48,145 nucleotides of DNA. Origin: Candidatus Latescibacterota bacterium (GTDB lineage: Bacteria; Latescibacterota; UBA2968; UBA8231). Numbering within the stretch: the stretch's first letter is position 1; each line of letters opens with the position of its first letter. The stretch lies in contig CBDBIJ010000034.1 in assembly GCA_965205655.1 (NCBI GenBank), positions 1 through 48,145 on the forward strand, read 5' to 3'. The notes below the pieces were generated by a model. It worked only from the letters and a program-made list of their open reading frames with translations, was not told the DNA's origin and did no database searches. Made by a program: the position numbers and the translations under genes. Shown here in pieces: positions 28,974-39,803 of this stretch.

Positions 28974-29065
28974 CGGAATAGCTGCCGGTGGCAGAGACCT
29001 GAGTCAGTCCTTAGACGCAATACATCCGCAAGAGTTGCCATAGGGTATTTGTGTGAGTGCCATCG

Positions 29066-29094
29066 TTGACTCCTGTGGAGGCCATAAGTATATT
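29066..29094 (+). promoter_or_regulatory. Sigma70 promoter for merR-iscA-iscS
   Basis: TTGACT-N17-TATATT. Confidence 0.55.
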
Positions 29095-29137
29095 CACCGA
29101 CGAACAGGGGAAACTGCTTGGTGTACCTCGACTTACC

Positions 29138-29602
29138 ATGATGCTGATCGGCGATCTCGCGGAGCGAGCCGGCGTTTCGACGCGGACGATTCGCTACTAC
29201 GAAGAGCTGGGGATGATCGAGCCCCAGGAGCGCACGAACGGCGGCTTCAGACGCTACTCCGACGAGCAGGTGAGGCGTCTGGAGATTATTCAAAGTTTGA
29301 AGTCTCTCGGCTTCGAACTGGAGCGCATCCAGGAACTGTTTGGCCTGCGGCACAAAATGAAAACTGGGGGCGATCTGGCAGGTGCCATGATCGCGCTCCT
29401 CGATCAGCAGCAGGATGAAATCGACGAGAAGATAAGCCACTACCTGACGATGAAGGAACGCAACGCCCGGGGAATCGAAATTCTCCGGGACTGCCTGTGT
29501 TGCTCCATCAGTGTCTTCGAGCGGGACTGCCACAACTGCGACGTTTACCGGCAACACCAAACCGTGCCGGATCTCGTCGAGTGCGCGATCTACGCGAGCT
29601 GA
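29138..29602 (+). CDS. MerR-family regulator with Cys-rich C-terminus
   Basis: IGDLAERAGVSTRTIRYYEELG; CLCC..CHNC..C. Confidence 0.92.
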   Translation: MMLIGDLAERAGVSTRTIRYYEELGMIEPQERTNGGFRRYSDEQVRRLEIIQSLKSLGFELERIQELFGLRHKMKTGGDLAGAMIALLDQQQDEIDEKISHYLTMKERNARGIEILRDCLCCSISVFERDCHNCDVYRQHQTVPDLVECAIYAS

Positions 29603-29639
29603 AGGATGAAATCGGCGGAGCGATCCGGTTTGGCTGGAG

Positions 29640-29972
29640 ATGATGTCAATGGTCACCGTTAGCGACGAGGCGGCGGACAAAGTAAGGGACCTTCTGGACA
29701 AGGAGGGCAGTGCCGCGTCCGGCTTGCGCATGGCCGTGATGGGTGGAGGCTGTTCCGGGTTCCAGTACAAGCTGGAATTCGAGAAGGCCCCCGGCGATAT
29801 GGACGCGGTCATCGAATCAAACGGTGTCAGAGTTTTCATCGATCCGAAAAGCAGTCTGTATTTGAACGGAGTCATTCTCAGGTACAGCGACGGGTTGATG
29901 GGATCCGGTTTTCAGGTCGAAAACCCCAATGCCCGCACCACTTGCGGCTGCGGCGAGTCGTTCAGCGCCTGA
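29640..29972 (+). CDS. iscA: A-type Fe-S carrier (IscA/ErpA/HesB)
   Basis: GGCSG and TCGCGESF. Confidence 0.93.
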   Translation: MMSMVTVSDEAADKVRDLLDKEGSAASGLRMAVMGGGCSGFQYKLEFEKAPGDMDAVIESNGVRVFIDPKSSLYLNGVILRYSDGLMGSGFQVENPNARTTCGCGESFSA

Positions 29973-31149
29973 GCCCACTCCGCACGCGAACGCGGCCACC
30001 ATCTACTTCGACAACATGGCCACCACGCCCGTGGACCCCCGGGTCCTCGAGGCGATGATGCCGTTCTACACCGACCACTTCGGCAACGCCTCCAGCAAGA
30101 CCCACCGGTTCGGTTGGACGGCCGCCGACGCCGTCGAGAGAGCACGCGAGCACGTCGCCGATCTGATTGGTGCATCGCCGAAGGAGATCGTCTTCACCAG
30201 CGGCGCTACAGAGGCGAGCAACCTGGCCATCAAGGGGCTCGTCGAGGCCTACAGGGACAGGGGCAATCACATCATCAGCTGCGCCACCGAACACCGCGCC
30301 GTTCTGGACTGTTGTGCGGTGCTGGAGCGGCGCGGGTATGAGGTGACCTATCTGCCGGTGGACGGCGCGGGCCGGATCGATATGGGGATGCTGGAGGAGG
30401 CGATCGGCGAACGGACGATTCTCGTCACGCTGATGGCGGCCAACAACGAGATCGGGACGATCCATCAGCTCGAGGAGATCGGCAGGGTGGCCGAGGAGCG
30501 GGAGGTCGTCTGGCATTGTGATGCGGCCCAGGCAGTCGGCAAGATGCCGTTGAATGTGAAGCAATTGGGTATAGGCCTGCTGTCGATTTCCGCGCACAAA
30601 CTCTACGGTCCGAAGGGTCAAGGCGCGCTGTATGTTCGCTCGAAACGTCCGCCAATCCGATTGACGCCGCAGCTGGACGGAGGTGGACAGGAGAGGGGGC
30701 TCCGTTCTGGTACGCTTGATGTGCCCGGAATTGTCGGATTCGGAAGGGCGTGCGAGCTCTGCCGGGAGGAGATGGACGGGGAAATCAAGACCCTGGAGGA
30801 ACTGCGAAACCGGCTCTACGGCCGGCTCGAGGCGAAGGTGACTGACTTCGCGCTGAACGGTCACCCCGAGCACCGGCTTGCGGGATGCCTGAACATCAAC
30901 TTTGCAGGCCTCGACGGGGCCGGGCTCATCCTCGCTCTCCAGGACATCGCTCTATCGGCGGGGTCTGCCTGCACCTCCGGATCCTCACAGCCGTCTCACG
31001 TGCTCAAGGCGATCGGGCGTGATGACGCTGCGGCATTCGCCTCGGTACGGTTCGGTATCGGTCGCTTCAACACCGCTGGCGAGGTCGATACGGTGGCGGA
31101 TCGCGTCGCCGAGGAGGTCGACCGGCTCAGGCAAGGTGCGCCACCATAA
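29929..31149 (+). CDS. iscS: Cysteine desulfurase (start uncertain)
   Basis: IYFDNMATTP, FTSGATE, SAHKLYGPKG, SAGSACTS. Confidence 0.95.
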   Translation: MPAPLAAAASRSAPEPTPHANAATIYFDNMATTPVDPRVLEAMMPFYTDHFGNASSKTHRFGWTAADAVERAREHVADLIGASPKEIVFTSGATEASNLAIKGLVEAYRDRGNHIISCATEHRAVLDCCAVLERRGYEVTYLPVDGAGRIDMGMLEEAIGERTILVTLMAANNEIGTIHQLEEIGRVAEEREVVWHCDAAQAVGKMPLNVKQLGIGLLSISAHKLYGPKGQGALYVRSKRPPIRLTPQLDGGGQERGLRSGTLDVPGIVGFGRACELCREEMDGEIKTLEELRNRLYGRLEAKVTDFALNGHPEHRLAGCLNINFAGLDGAGLILALQDIALSAGSACTSGSSQPSHVLKAIGRDDAAAFASVRFGIGRFNTAGEVDTVADRVAEEVDRLRQGAPP

Positions 31150-31249
31150 GGACGAGTGACGGACACGTTAGTGTCAGAGCTTGCGCCCCCCAGTTTTATC
31201 TACAGGTTATTAGTCACTCGAATTCGGAATTCGCGCAAGGAGGACAGTC

Positions 31250-32458
31250 ATGGGACTGACATCGAGTCAGCTGCTCGAACGGGTAAAAGAGCAGATCGAG
31301 GAGATCACACCCGAAGAGGCGAAGCGGGGTGTGCAGTCGGGGAAGATCAAGCACCTGATCGACATTCGCGAGCGGGACGAGGTGATGGACGGCTACATCC
31401 CGGGGGCAGCGCTCATTCCGAGAGGGTTTCTTGAGTTGAGCGTCGAGGAAGATGTGACGATGGACCGGGACGCTCCCATGGTTGTGTACTGTGCCGGCGG
31501 ATCGCGATCGGCTCTGGCTGCGCGAGACCTGGATGCCATGGGATACACGAATGTCGCGTCCATGATAAGCGGTATCAAAGGATGGAAGGACGCCGGCTTC
31601 GGGATCGAGAATGACGGACTGTTGTCGGACGACGATCTTCAGCGCTACTCCCGTCACATCACCCTGCCCGAAGTTGGCGAATCAGGCCAGCAGAAGCTAT
31701 TGAAGGGCAAAGTGCTCCTGGTCGGCGCCGGCGGCCTCGGCTGCCCCTCGGCGCTCTATCTCGCCGCCGCCGGAGTTGGCACCATAGGCCTGGTCGACGC
31801 GGATGTCGTGGACAAGAGCAACCTGCAGCGGCAGGTCCTGTTTGGCGAGTCAGAGCTGGGTCGGCCCAAGGTCGAGGCGGCCAGAGAGCGACTCCTCGAC
31901 CTGAACCCGGGCCTGAACATCAACACACACCATGAGCTCATGCACTCCGGCAACGCCCTGCAGATCATCGACGACTACGACATCATCGTGAACGGGTGCG
32001 ACAATTTTCCGACGCGCTATCTCGTCAACGACGCGGCGGTGTTGACGGGAAAACCGGTCGTTGACGGCAGCATCTTTCGCTTCGAAGGGCAAGCGACCGT
32101 TTACAACCCCGGGGAGGGAGGCCCCTGCTATCGCTGCCTGTATCCCGAGCCGCCTCCGCCCGGCGAGGTACCCAGCTGCGCGGAGGGAGGCGTACTGGGC
32201 GTGCTGCCGGGAATGGTCGGAGTCATACAGGCGACCGAGGTCGTCAAACTGATTCTTGGTCTGGGATCCTCGCTCATCGGCCGCATGGTCCTCTACGACG
32301 CTCTCGAGATGTCTTTCCGCGAGGTCAGATTGCGCAGGAACGTCGAGTGCCCGGCGTGTGGCGACAATCCCACCGTGACCGAGCTGATCGACTACAACCA
32401 GTTCTGCGGTCTGCCCTCACACAGCGATGCCGCCTCGCATAGCGAGGCGGCAGGTTAA
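31250..32458 (+). CDS. moeB: Rhodanese + MoeB/ThiF adenylyltransferase
   Basis: YCAGGSRS; RYSRHI, GAGGLG, SNLQRQ, CYRC, CPAC. Confidence 0.93.
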   Translation: MGLTSSQLLERVKEQIEEITPEEAKRGVQSGKIKHLIDIRERDEVMDGYIPGAALIPRGFLELSVEEDVTMDRDAPMVVYCAGGSRSALAARDLDAMGYTNVASMISGIKGWKDAGFGIENDGLLSDDDLQRYSRHITLPEVGESGQQKLLKGKVLLVGAGGLGCPSALYLAAAGVGTIGLVDADVVDKSNLQRQVLFGESELGRPKVEAARERLLDLNPGLNINTHHELMHSGNALQIIDDYDIIVNGCDNFPTRYLVNDAAVLTGKPVVDGSIFRFEGQATVYNPGEGGPCYRCLYPEPPPPGEVPSCAEGGVLGVLPGMVGVIQATEVVKLILGLGSSLIGRMVLYDALEMSFREVRLRRNVECPACGDNPTVTELIDYNQFCGLPSHSDAASHSEAAG

Positions 32459-33125
32459 GACGCAGCAGGATCAGGCAGACGCTCGTCTTCTGCTCGACCT
32501 GGAGGACACGTCCAGGGCCGATCCAGTCCTCGACCTCGAGCAGGTGTTCGGCAACGCCAATCCCGTTCAGATCGAGCTGGGGATCGGCAAGGGGCGATTC
32601 CTCATCGACGCGGCCCAGAGGCACCCCCATATCAACTATCTGGGTGTCGACTGGGCCAACAAATACGTCAAGATAGCTCACCACCGCTGCATCAAACGGA
32701 ATCTCGGCAACGTTCGCCTGGTGCGCGCCGATGCCAGGGAGTTCGTCGAGTTTTTTCTCCTGTCTGGTTCCGTTCAGGCCGTCCATGTTTATTTCCCGGA
32801 CCCGTGGCCGAAGAAGCGCCATCACAAGCGCCGGCTCATCAACCAGACCTTTCTCGCCGATGTCGTACGGATTCTCGAGCCGAGCGGCCAGCTGTGGCTC
32901 GCCACCGATCACGCCGAGTATTTCCAGGTCATGGTGGAGGCGCTCAAGGCTTGCGCAGGGTTGAGCGAGACCGCAGCCGACTGGGACGGAGTCCGAACCA
33001 ACTACGAAGAGAAATTCCGCGCCAGAGGATTACCGATACATCGAATCGTCGCGCAGACGCCGCTGCCTGAGCGGTGCGCCTCTGGCACCCAGAGTCCCCG
33101 TCGTTACCCAATTAAAAACAAATAG
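32427..33125 (+). CDS. trmB: tRNA (guanine-N7)-methyltransferase (start uncertain)
   Basis: IELGIGKG, FPDPWPKKRHHKRR, ATD, TNYE. Confidence 0.94.
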   Translation: MPPRIARRQVKTQQDQADARLLLDLEDTSRADPVLDLEQVFGNANPVQIELGIGKGRFLIDAAQRHPHINYLGVDWANKYVKIAHHRCIKRNLGNVRLVRADAREFVEFFLLSGSVQAVHVYFPDPWPKKRHHKRRLINQTFLADVVRILEPSGQLWLATDHAEYFQVMVEALKACAGLSETAADWDGVRTNYEEKFRARGLPIHRIVAQTPLPERCASGTQSPRRYPIKNK

Positions 33126-33168
33126 ATATCGAATAGTTTCGGGGTTGGCTCGGGGGCGAAGTTTTCCC

Positions 33169-33233
33169 TTGACAGTCGCCGGGTGGTGGAAGTATACTAT
33201 GTGGTGGTGTAGAATGGTGGATAGTGGTGTACT
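33169..33233 (+). promoter_or_regulatory. dcw promoter with MraZ-box repeats
   Basis: TTGACA-N18-TATACT; (G/A)TGGTG repeated with 10-bp period at 33204, 33214, 33224. Confidence 0.75.
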
Positions 33234-33286
33234 GCCATCGCCGCGGCAGCTGCCGTTCCGGTGGCATCTCAAGCGAGCGTGCAGCT

Positions 33287-33727
33287 GTGTCTCAGTTCCT
33301 TGGAGAGTACGAGGTTCCGGTCGACGGGAATGGGAGGATTTTCATACCTGCGGAGCTGCGTCGAAAGCTTGTGCCAGAGGATGGCGACACGCTCATCGTG
33401 GTGCGTGGGCTGGACGGCTGTCTGGCTGCCCATCCCCTTGCATCCTGGTCGGCTATCTCGCGCAAAATCATGGGGTTATCGCAAACGGACCACAATGTAA
33501 GGCTGTTCTACAGGGGCACTCTGTCACAGGCCGCCGAAGTCAAGCTGGATCGACAGGGCCGAGCTCACATCCCCCGCAAACTCCTGGACCGGGCGGGGAT
33601 CGGCGACCGCATGATCATCATCGGCGCCCTCGACAAGCTGGAGCTCTGGAATCCCGAGGCCTGGAGCAATTTTATGGAACAGGCCGAATCGACACTGGAA
33701 GAGGTCGCGCAGAGTCTGAATCTGTAG
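33287..33727 (+). CDS. mraZ: Division/cell-wall cluster regulator MraZ
   Basis: FLGEY..DGNGRIFIP; DRQGRAHIP; ELWN. Confidence 0.95.
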   Translation: MSQFLGEYEVPVDGNGRIFIPAELRRKLVPEDGDTLIVVRGLDGCLAAHPLASWSAISRKIMGLSQTDHNVRLFYRGTLSQAAEVKLDRQGRAHIPRKLLDRAGIGDRMIIIGALDKLELWNPEAWSNFMEQAESTLEEVAQSLNL

Positions 33728-33761
33728 GAACTCGCTGCCGGCATCACCACTGGTTGCTGCC

Positions 33762-34694
33762 GTGAGCTACCACGAGCCGGTCATGCTGTCAGAGGTCGCA
33801 CAGGCCCTGATCACCGAGCGCGCCGGAACCTATCTCGATGCGACCGTTGGCGGTGGCGGCCACAGCGAGGCGATTCTGGAGCGCCTCGATCACACGGCGC
33901 AGCTGATCGCCGTCGATCGAGACCCGGAGGCGATTGCAGAGGCGGAGTCGCGTCTGGGGAGATTCGGCGAGCGGGTCTCGTTGCTGAAGGGCCGATTCAA
34001 TCAGTTGCCGACCCTGCTTTCGGGGTGCCTGCAGGAGCGGCAAGCGTCGGGCCTCAACGGGGCAGTCTTTGACCTGGGCGTTTCGTCTCATCAGATCGAC
34101 GAGGCGTCCCGGGGATTCAGCTACCACCAGGAAGGCCCCCTTGACATGCGCATGGACCGCAGCGCTGGGGTGCCTGCGGCCGAGCTCATCGCGCACGTCT
34201 CGGAGGCCGACCTGGGGGACATCATCAAGCGATATGGTGAAGAGCGGAACGCGCGTCAGGTCGCCCGTTCGATCTGCCGGCGACGCGACAGCGCCGGAAT
34301 GGAGACGACGGCCGATCTTCGCGTCGCGGTGGAAGACACTCGTCCCCGGAGTCCGACCAAGACGCTCGCGCGGGTTTTCCAGGCACTCAGGATCGAAGTG
34401 AACGAGGAGCTGGGTGAGCTGGATGCCGGGCTCAATGCGACTATCGAGCTGCTGGCGCCCGGCGGCAGGCTTGCCGTCATCTCCTATCACTCTCTGGAGG
34501 ATCGTCTGGTGAAACAGAAGCTGGCGGATCTCGTGCGCGGCTGCATCTGTCCCCCGAAGATCCCTGTCTGCACGTGCGGGCGAACTCCGAGCTTCAAGAA
34601 CCTGTTGCGCAAAGCACGTCGACCGAGCGGGCGAGAGATCGCGGCGAACAGTCGAGCCCGGAGCGCCACTCTAAGGCTCTTCGAAAAGGTCTGA
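33762..34694 (+). CDS. rsmH: 16S rRNA m4C1402 methyltransferase
   Basis: HEPVML, DATVGGGGHS, DLGVSS, LDMRMD, SYHSLEDR. Confidence 0.97.
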   Translation: MSYHEPVMLSEVAQALITERAGTYLDATVGGGGHSEAILERLDHTAQLIAVDRDPEAIAEAESRLGRFGERVSLLKGRFNQLPTLLSGCLQERQASGLNGAVFDLGVSSHQIDEASRGFSYHQEGPLDMRMDRSAGVPAAELIAHVSEADLGDIIKRYGEERNARQVARSICRRRDSAGMETTADLRVAVEDTRPRSPTKTLARVFQALRIEVNEELGELDAGLNATIELLAPGGRLAVISYHSLEDRLVKQKLADLVRGCICPPKIPVCTCGRTPSFKNLLRKARRPSGREIAANSRARSATLRLFEKV

Positions 34695-34705
34695 GGGAGA
34701 AACGC

Positions 34706-35095
34706 ATGACTGGCCGTGCCAAAAACAGCTTGCGATCCGGAGCCTCCTCTCGACAAAGACCGGCGCCGGGTCAGCGTCGCATTCGAGAAGAGGCGCGGCA
34801 CGCCAAAGCGACGGTGTCGGCGTGGTGGCCCGTGTTCCTCATGGGTGCTCTCGTGGGAATCACGACCGCATACGTGTGGAACAAGGTGGAGCTGGCGACC
34901 CTGGCGCGACAGATCGAAGCAGCTGCGATCGGCGTCAGCACGCTCTCCGAGGAACGCTCAAGGCTGACGGCAGCCATTATGGTCAAGACGAAGCCGGGGC
35001 TGATTCAGGGACAGGCGCAGGAGCAACTGGGCATGATATTTCCGAAGAATGGCTTCATCGAATTGGTCCTGGAGAATGACGAGACCGCCAACTAG
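34706..35095 (+). CDS. ftsL: Cell division protein FtsL-like
   Basis: Single TM plus coiled coil plus LGM; lies between rsmH and ftsI. Confidence 0.8.
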   Translation: MTGRAKNSLRSGASSRQRPAPGQRRIREEARHAKATVSAWWPVFLMGALVGITTAYVWNKVELATLARQIEAAAIGVSTLSEERSRLTAAIMVKTKPGLIQGQAQEQLGMIFPKNGFIELVLENDETAN

Positions 35096-36818
35096 CCATC
35101 GAGAGAGGTTGCCAGTGAATCGCCTGCGATGGATTGCCACTGTCGGTGCCGTCGCCTGGTTGGCGTTGGCCGGCCGGCTGATCCAGGTGCAGGCACTCCA
35201 GCACGAATCCTTCTTCGCAAGAGCGAAAGAGCAGCAGAAGCGCTGGATCGACGTGGCGGCAAAGCGCGGTTCCGTTCTCGACCGTCGCGGAAGGCCGCTT
35301 GCCGTCGACGTGCAGGCCGTATCGTTCTTTTGCGACCCTGCGGCCCTCCGGGAACGGGAGCAGGTGGCGAGGCACTTCGCGGCAGTTGGCGGCCGGCAGG
35401 TCTCCCAGCTCGCCGCTCGCCTGGGAAGCTCCCGGCAATTCGTCTACCTGGCGCGCCAGGTCCGCCACCCGCAGCTGGAGCAACTGCGCGCGACCCAGTT
35501 CGAAGGTGTTCGCCAGCATCCCGAGGCGAGTCGCTACTACCCGTTCGGGGAGCTCGCTGGTCAGATTCTCGGATTCACCGATGTGGACAACAATGGGAGG
35601 GAAGGTGTTGAGCTCGCCCTGGAAGACGATCTCACCGGCGAGACGGGAAAAGCGCAGATCCACGTTGACGCTCGGGGCCGTTCCGTTCCCGAGCTGCGGG
35701 AGGAGCATCGGGCGGCCGAGCACGGCTCTTCAGTCCGGCTTACCATTGACGCGAGCTACCAGGGCATACTCGAGGAAGAGCTGATTCGCGCCGTGCGAAC
35801 GTCGGACGCGGACAGGGCTCTGGGAATCGTTTCCGATCCAAGGACTGGCGCGATCCTCGCCATGGCCAGCGTCCCTTTGTTCGATCCGAATGAGCCCGGA
35901 AGCGCGCTGGCTGACGACCGACGCAACAGATCGATCACGGATTCGTTCGAGCCGGGATCGACGTTCAAGGCGATCACCGCGGCTGCGGTCCTGGAAGAAG
36001 GTCTCGCCCAAACGACGACGGAGGTGTTCTGCGAGAACGGTGCGCTGACACTCGCAAACGGCGACACGATACGCGACGTATCGCCCCACGGCATTCTGAC
36101 TCTGCGGCAGGTCCTGGAGCAATCGAGTAATATCGGCACCATCAAGCTGGCCTCGAAGATCGAGCGTGGAAACTTCTACGACTACCTGCGGCGCTTCGGT
36201 TTCGGCACGCGCACGGGGATCGGCCTTCCGGCCGAGAGCTCAGGGCTGCTCCGACCTGTCGGGGAGTGGTCGCACCGATCACTCGAAACGATTGCCATCG
36301 GCCAGGAGCTCAGTGTCACGGCGATCCAACTGGCCCTGGCCTTTGGGGCCATCGCCAACGGCGGCGTCCTCATGGCGCCGATGATTCTGGATGAGGTGAT
36401 CGCCGAGAATGGATCGGTCGTGCGCAAATCGGAGCCCAAACCGGTGCGCCGCGTCATATCAAAGGAGACGGCGGCCCTCGTGCGGTCCACGCTCGAGGGT
36501 GTCGTCAGCAGAGGCACGGGAAAGAGAGCGAGAGTCGACGGGATCGCAGTGGCGGGAAAGACCGGAACAGCGCAGCGCGCGAGGCTGGACGGTGGCGGCT
36601 ACGACGCCGATGCGACCGTGGCTTCATTCGTGGGGTTTCTTCCGGCAGATGATCCCGCGCTACTGGGCCTGATCGTCATCGACAACCCGAAAAAAGACAG
36701 GTGGGGAGGACACGTCGCGGCTCCCGCCTTCAAGCGGGTCATGGAGCGAATCGCCTTTCTCGCCGATAGTGAGTTGTCTCCACCACCACGACTGCTGGCC
36801 GCCGTCGGAGCCCGATAG
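35076..36818 (+). CDS. ftsI: Penicillin-binding protein 3 (division transpeptidase)
   Basis: RGSVLDR, EPGSTFK, SSN, KTG. Confidence 0.94.
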   Translation: MTRPPTSHRERLPVNRLRWIATVGAVAWLALAGRLIQVQALQHESFFARAKEQQKRWIDVAAKRGSVLDRRGRPLAVDVQAVSFFCDPAALREREQVARHFAAVGGRQVSQLAARLGSSRQFVYLARQVRHPQLEQLRATQFEGVRQHPEASRYYPFGELAGQILGFTDVDNNGREGVELALEDDLTGETGKAQIHVDARGRSVPELREEHRAAEHGSSVRLTIDASYQGILEEELIRAVRTSDADRALGIVSDPRTGAILAMASVPLFDPNEPGSALADDRRNRSITDSFEPGSTFKAITAAAVLEEGLAQTTTEVFCENGALTLANGDTIRDVSPHGILTLRQVLEQSSNIGTIKLASKIERGNFYDYLRRFGFGTRTGIGLPAESSGLLRPVGEWSHRSLETIAIGQELSVTAIQLALAFGAIANGGVLMAPMILDEVIAENGSVVRKSEPKPVRRVISKETAALVRSTLEGVVSRGTGKRARVDGIAVAGKTGTAQRARLDGGGYDADATVASFVGFLPADDPALLGLIVIDNPKKDRWGGHVAAPAFKRVMERIAFLADSELSPPPRLLAAVGAR

Positions 36819-38341
36819 TGTCGGCGGCGACGGACATCTATATGGATGAGGCCATGCAGCTGGACCACCTCCTCGAGACGATTCCCGGCGCCCACATCGA
36901 CGGCCCCGCCAACGTAGAAGTGACCTCGATCGAGTGCGACTCTCGCCGCATCCGGGATGGCAGCCTGTTTGTGGCTATCCGAGGGGGCGAAGAGGTGGAC
37001 CGCCATCGCTTCGTTGCCGATGCTGTGGGCAATGGCGCCAGCGCCGTGGTCGTGGAAGACGAGGTCGGAGGCATCGCCGCCGTGCCCCGTCCCACGGTCG
37101 TGACGGTACCGAATTGCCGTCGAGTACTGGGGGAGCTGGCGGCGAGATTCAACGGCTATCCGGCGCGGCAGCTCAAAGCGGTCGGGGTTACGGGCACGAA
37201 CGGGAAAACGACGACATCATTACTCGTACGGCAGATACTCGAAGCGGCAGGACTCTCCTGCGGGTATCTCGGCACCCTCGGGCTGCTCGCCGGTCACGAC
37301 TACGATCAAATGGCGAACACGACACCCGAGGCCTGCGACCTGCACGACGCCCTGCGGCAGATGGTCGAGGCGGGCAGAGAGGCCGTCGCTTTCGAAGTCT
37401 CGTCCCATTCTCTGGCCCTGGGGCGCGTTGAAGGAATCGAGTTCGACGCGGCCGTATTCACCAACCTCACGCGCGACCATCTTGATTTTCACGGCACGGA
37501 ATCGGCTTACTTCGAAGCCAAGGCAGCTCTGTTCGACCAGTTGAAACGAAATGGGTGCGGCTCTCGCGCCGTGCTCAACACGGATGATGCCGCCGGCCGC
37601 GAACTCGCGAATCGGCTTGCAGAAGAAGCACTTACTTTCGGAAGCAGAGAAGATGCCGCTGTCCGATTGCTGGATGCGTCACACTCGGGTGAAGGTACGG
37701 ACATCACATTGCGAACGGCGCACGGCGAAATGCGCGTGCATTCGCAGTTGACGGGCGCCTTCAACGTGGCTAACGTAGTGGCGGCGGTGGCCTGTGGGAT
37801 CGCCCTCGGTCTGACTGGGGACGTGATCGGTCGCGGCATCTCGGCTTTGCGGGGAGTGCCTGGCCGCTTCGAACGGATCGCCAACGGTCAGGGCTTCGGC
37901 GTCATCGTCGATTACGCCCATACTCCCGCAGGTCTCGAGACAGTCCTTCGCACAGCAAAAGAACTGACTGAAAAACGGCTCATCTGCCTCTTCGGTTGCG
38001 GGGGAGACAGGGATGTTGGAAAGCGTCCGTTGATGGGGAAGATCGCTACTGAGCTGGCCGATATCGTCATTCTCACTTCGGATAACCCTCGAAGTGAACC
38101 ACCCGAGAAGATCATCAATGACATCGCCGCAGGAGCACAAGCCGCGGAGAATGTCAGAGTCTATCCAGATCGCCGGGCGGCGATCCGCGAAGCACTGGCG
38201 GCGGCCGGTTCAGGTGACATGGTGGTGATCGCTGGCAAAGGGGACGAATCGACCCAGACCTTTGCCGATCGAACCGTCGATTTCGACGATCGCGAGATTG
38301 CCCGCGAGGTCCTGCGAGGCATGGGTTGGGACGGACCGTAA
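36818..38341 (+). CDS. murE: UDP-MurNAc-tripeptide synthetase (mDAP type)
   Basis: GTNGKTT, NLTRDHLDFH, DYAHTP, DNPR. Confidence 0.97.
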   Translation: MSAATDIYMDEAMQLDHLLETIPGAHIDGPANVEVTSIECDSRRIRDGSLFVAIRGGEEVDRHRFVADAVGNGASAVVVEDEVGGIAAVPRPTVVTVPNCRRVLGELAARFNGYPARQLKAVGVTGTNGKTTTSLLVRQILEAAGLSCGYLGTLGLLAGHDYDQMANTTPEACDLHDALRQMVEAGREAVAFEVSSHSLALGRVEGIEFDAAVFTNLTRDHLDFHGTESAYFEAKAALFDQLKRNGCGSRAVLNTDDAAGRELANRLAEEALTFGSREDAAVRLLDASHSGEGTDITLRTAHGEMRVHSQLTGAFNVANVVAAVACGIALGLTGDVIGRGISALRGVPGRFERIANGQGFGVIVDYAHTPAGLETVLRTAKELTEKRLICLFGCGGDRDVGKRPLMGKIATELADIVILTSDNPRSEPPEKIINDIAAGAQAAENVRVYPDRRAAIREALAAAGSGDMVVIAGKGDESTQTFADRTVDFDDREIAREVLRGMGWDGP

Positions 38342-38357
38342 GCGAGGGGCCGCCGTC

Positions 38358-39738
38358 GTGCGGGGGGTGAGCCTCGCTCAAATCCGGCAGTGGACGGGAG
38401 GCGAATGGAGGGAGGTGCCAGATGACACGTTCGAGCCGACGGGCGTCTCGACGGACACGAGGACGCTCGACGAAGGCGACCTCTTCATCGCCCTGAAGGG
38501 CCCGAACTTCGACGGACACCGATTCGTCGGCGAGGCATTCGACAAAGGGGCGGCGGCGGCGGTCGTCGAGCGATCGCGAGAAGGCGGTTCAGACGGGGAG
38601 GATGAAGGGCCTCTTCTTCAGGTAAAGGGATCCGGAGCCGAAGCGCTGGGCCGCATTGCCCGCGAGTATCGAAAGAGCTTCGACATTCCGGTGGTGGGGG
38701 TCGTGGGCAGCTCCGGAAAAACGACGGCGAAAGAGATGATCGCCGCCGTCCTGGAGCGGCGGTTCTGCGTCCTGAAGACGCGGAACAACGAGAACAACGA
38801 GATCGGCGTGCCCACGGCGCTGCTGGGCCTGAAGGAGGAGCACGGTGCGGCGGTCGTCGAAATGGGCGCCCGCAAAACTGGCGATATTCGCTATCTTTGC
38901 AGTGTGGCGCGTCCGACGATCGGCCGTGCTGCTGAATATTGGAACTGCACATATGGAGGTTTTCGGATCTGTAGAGAGGGTGGCCAAAGCCAAAGGGGAG
39001 CTCCTGGAGTATATCGGGGATGAGTCTTTTGTGGCTCTCGTAAACGCGGATGACCGTGTCGTGGCCAAGGAGGTAATGAGGACAAAGGGGAGACTCCTTG
39101 GCTTCGGTCTTGAGCGTGGGAGCTATTATAGTGGGGAGGGACTCATTCTTGACCGGGAGGGCCGCGGCCACTTCTCTCTACAGCTAACTTCTTTCGACCT
39201 GAAGATTCCGGGTCGCCACAACGTCTACAACGCCCTCGCGGCCGCCGCTGTGGGCGACCAGTGCGGCGTGCCGATGGGGGAGATCAGCCTTGCCCTGGCC
39301 GATTTCCAGCCGCCGGAGATGCGATCACAGTTGTTGCGGAAAAACGGGATCATCGTTATCAATGACTGTTACAATGCCAATCCTGCCTCGGTTCAGGCCG
39401 CGCTGCAGCTGCTGGCTGACGTAGAGCCGGACGCGCCGAGGAAGATCGCCGTTCTGTCGGACATGCTCGAGCTGGGCGAAGCGAGCATCCAGTGGCACCA
39501 TGCGATCGGCAAGCAGGTCGTTTCCATGAGGGTCGACCGGTTGCTGGCCACGGGGCCCATGAGTCGCGCTACGGTCGAAGCGGCCCAGTGCGCCGGCATG
39601 ACCGAGAGCGCACTCCATTTCGAGAGCAAGAAAGAGTTGACAGCCTATCTGAAGGGGTTCCTCGCCCCTGGTGACGTGGTGCTGGTCAAAGGCTCTCGAG
39701 GAATGAGAATGGAAGATATCGTCGGTCAGATCCCCTGA
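38358..39738 (+). CDS. murF: UDP-MurNAc-pentapeptide synthetase, one frameshift near 38925 (probably an error)
   Basis: STDTR, GSSGKTT, NNEIGVP; DCYNANP, DMLELG, KGSR. Confidence 0.93.
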
Positions 39739-39769
39739 TCGACGACTGTCAGACGTTTATTCATTGAGC

Positions 39770-39803
39770 AAGGGCCGTCCCCACGGGGCGGCCTTCGGTT
39801 TCC
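39770..39803 (+). terminator. Hairpin/terminator after murF
   Basis: AAGGGCCGTCC..GGGGCGGCCTT followed by a pyrimidine-rich run. Confidence 0.45.
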
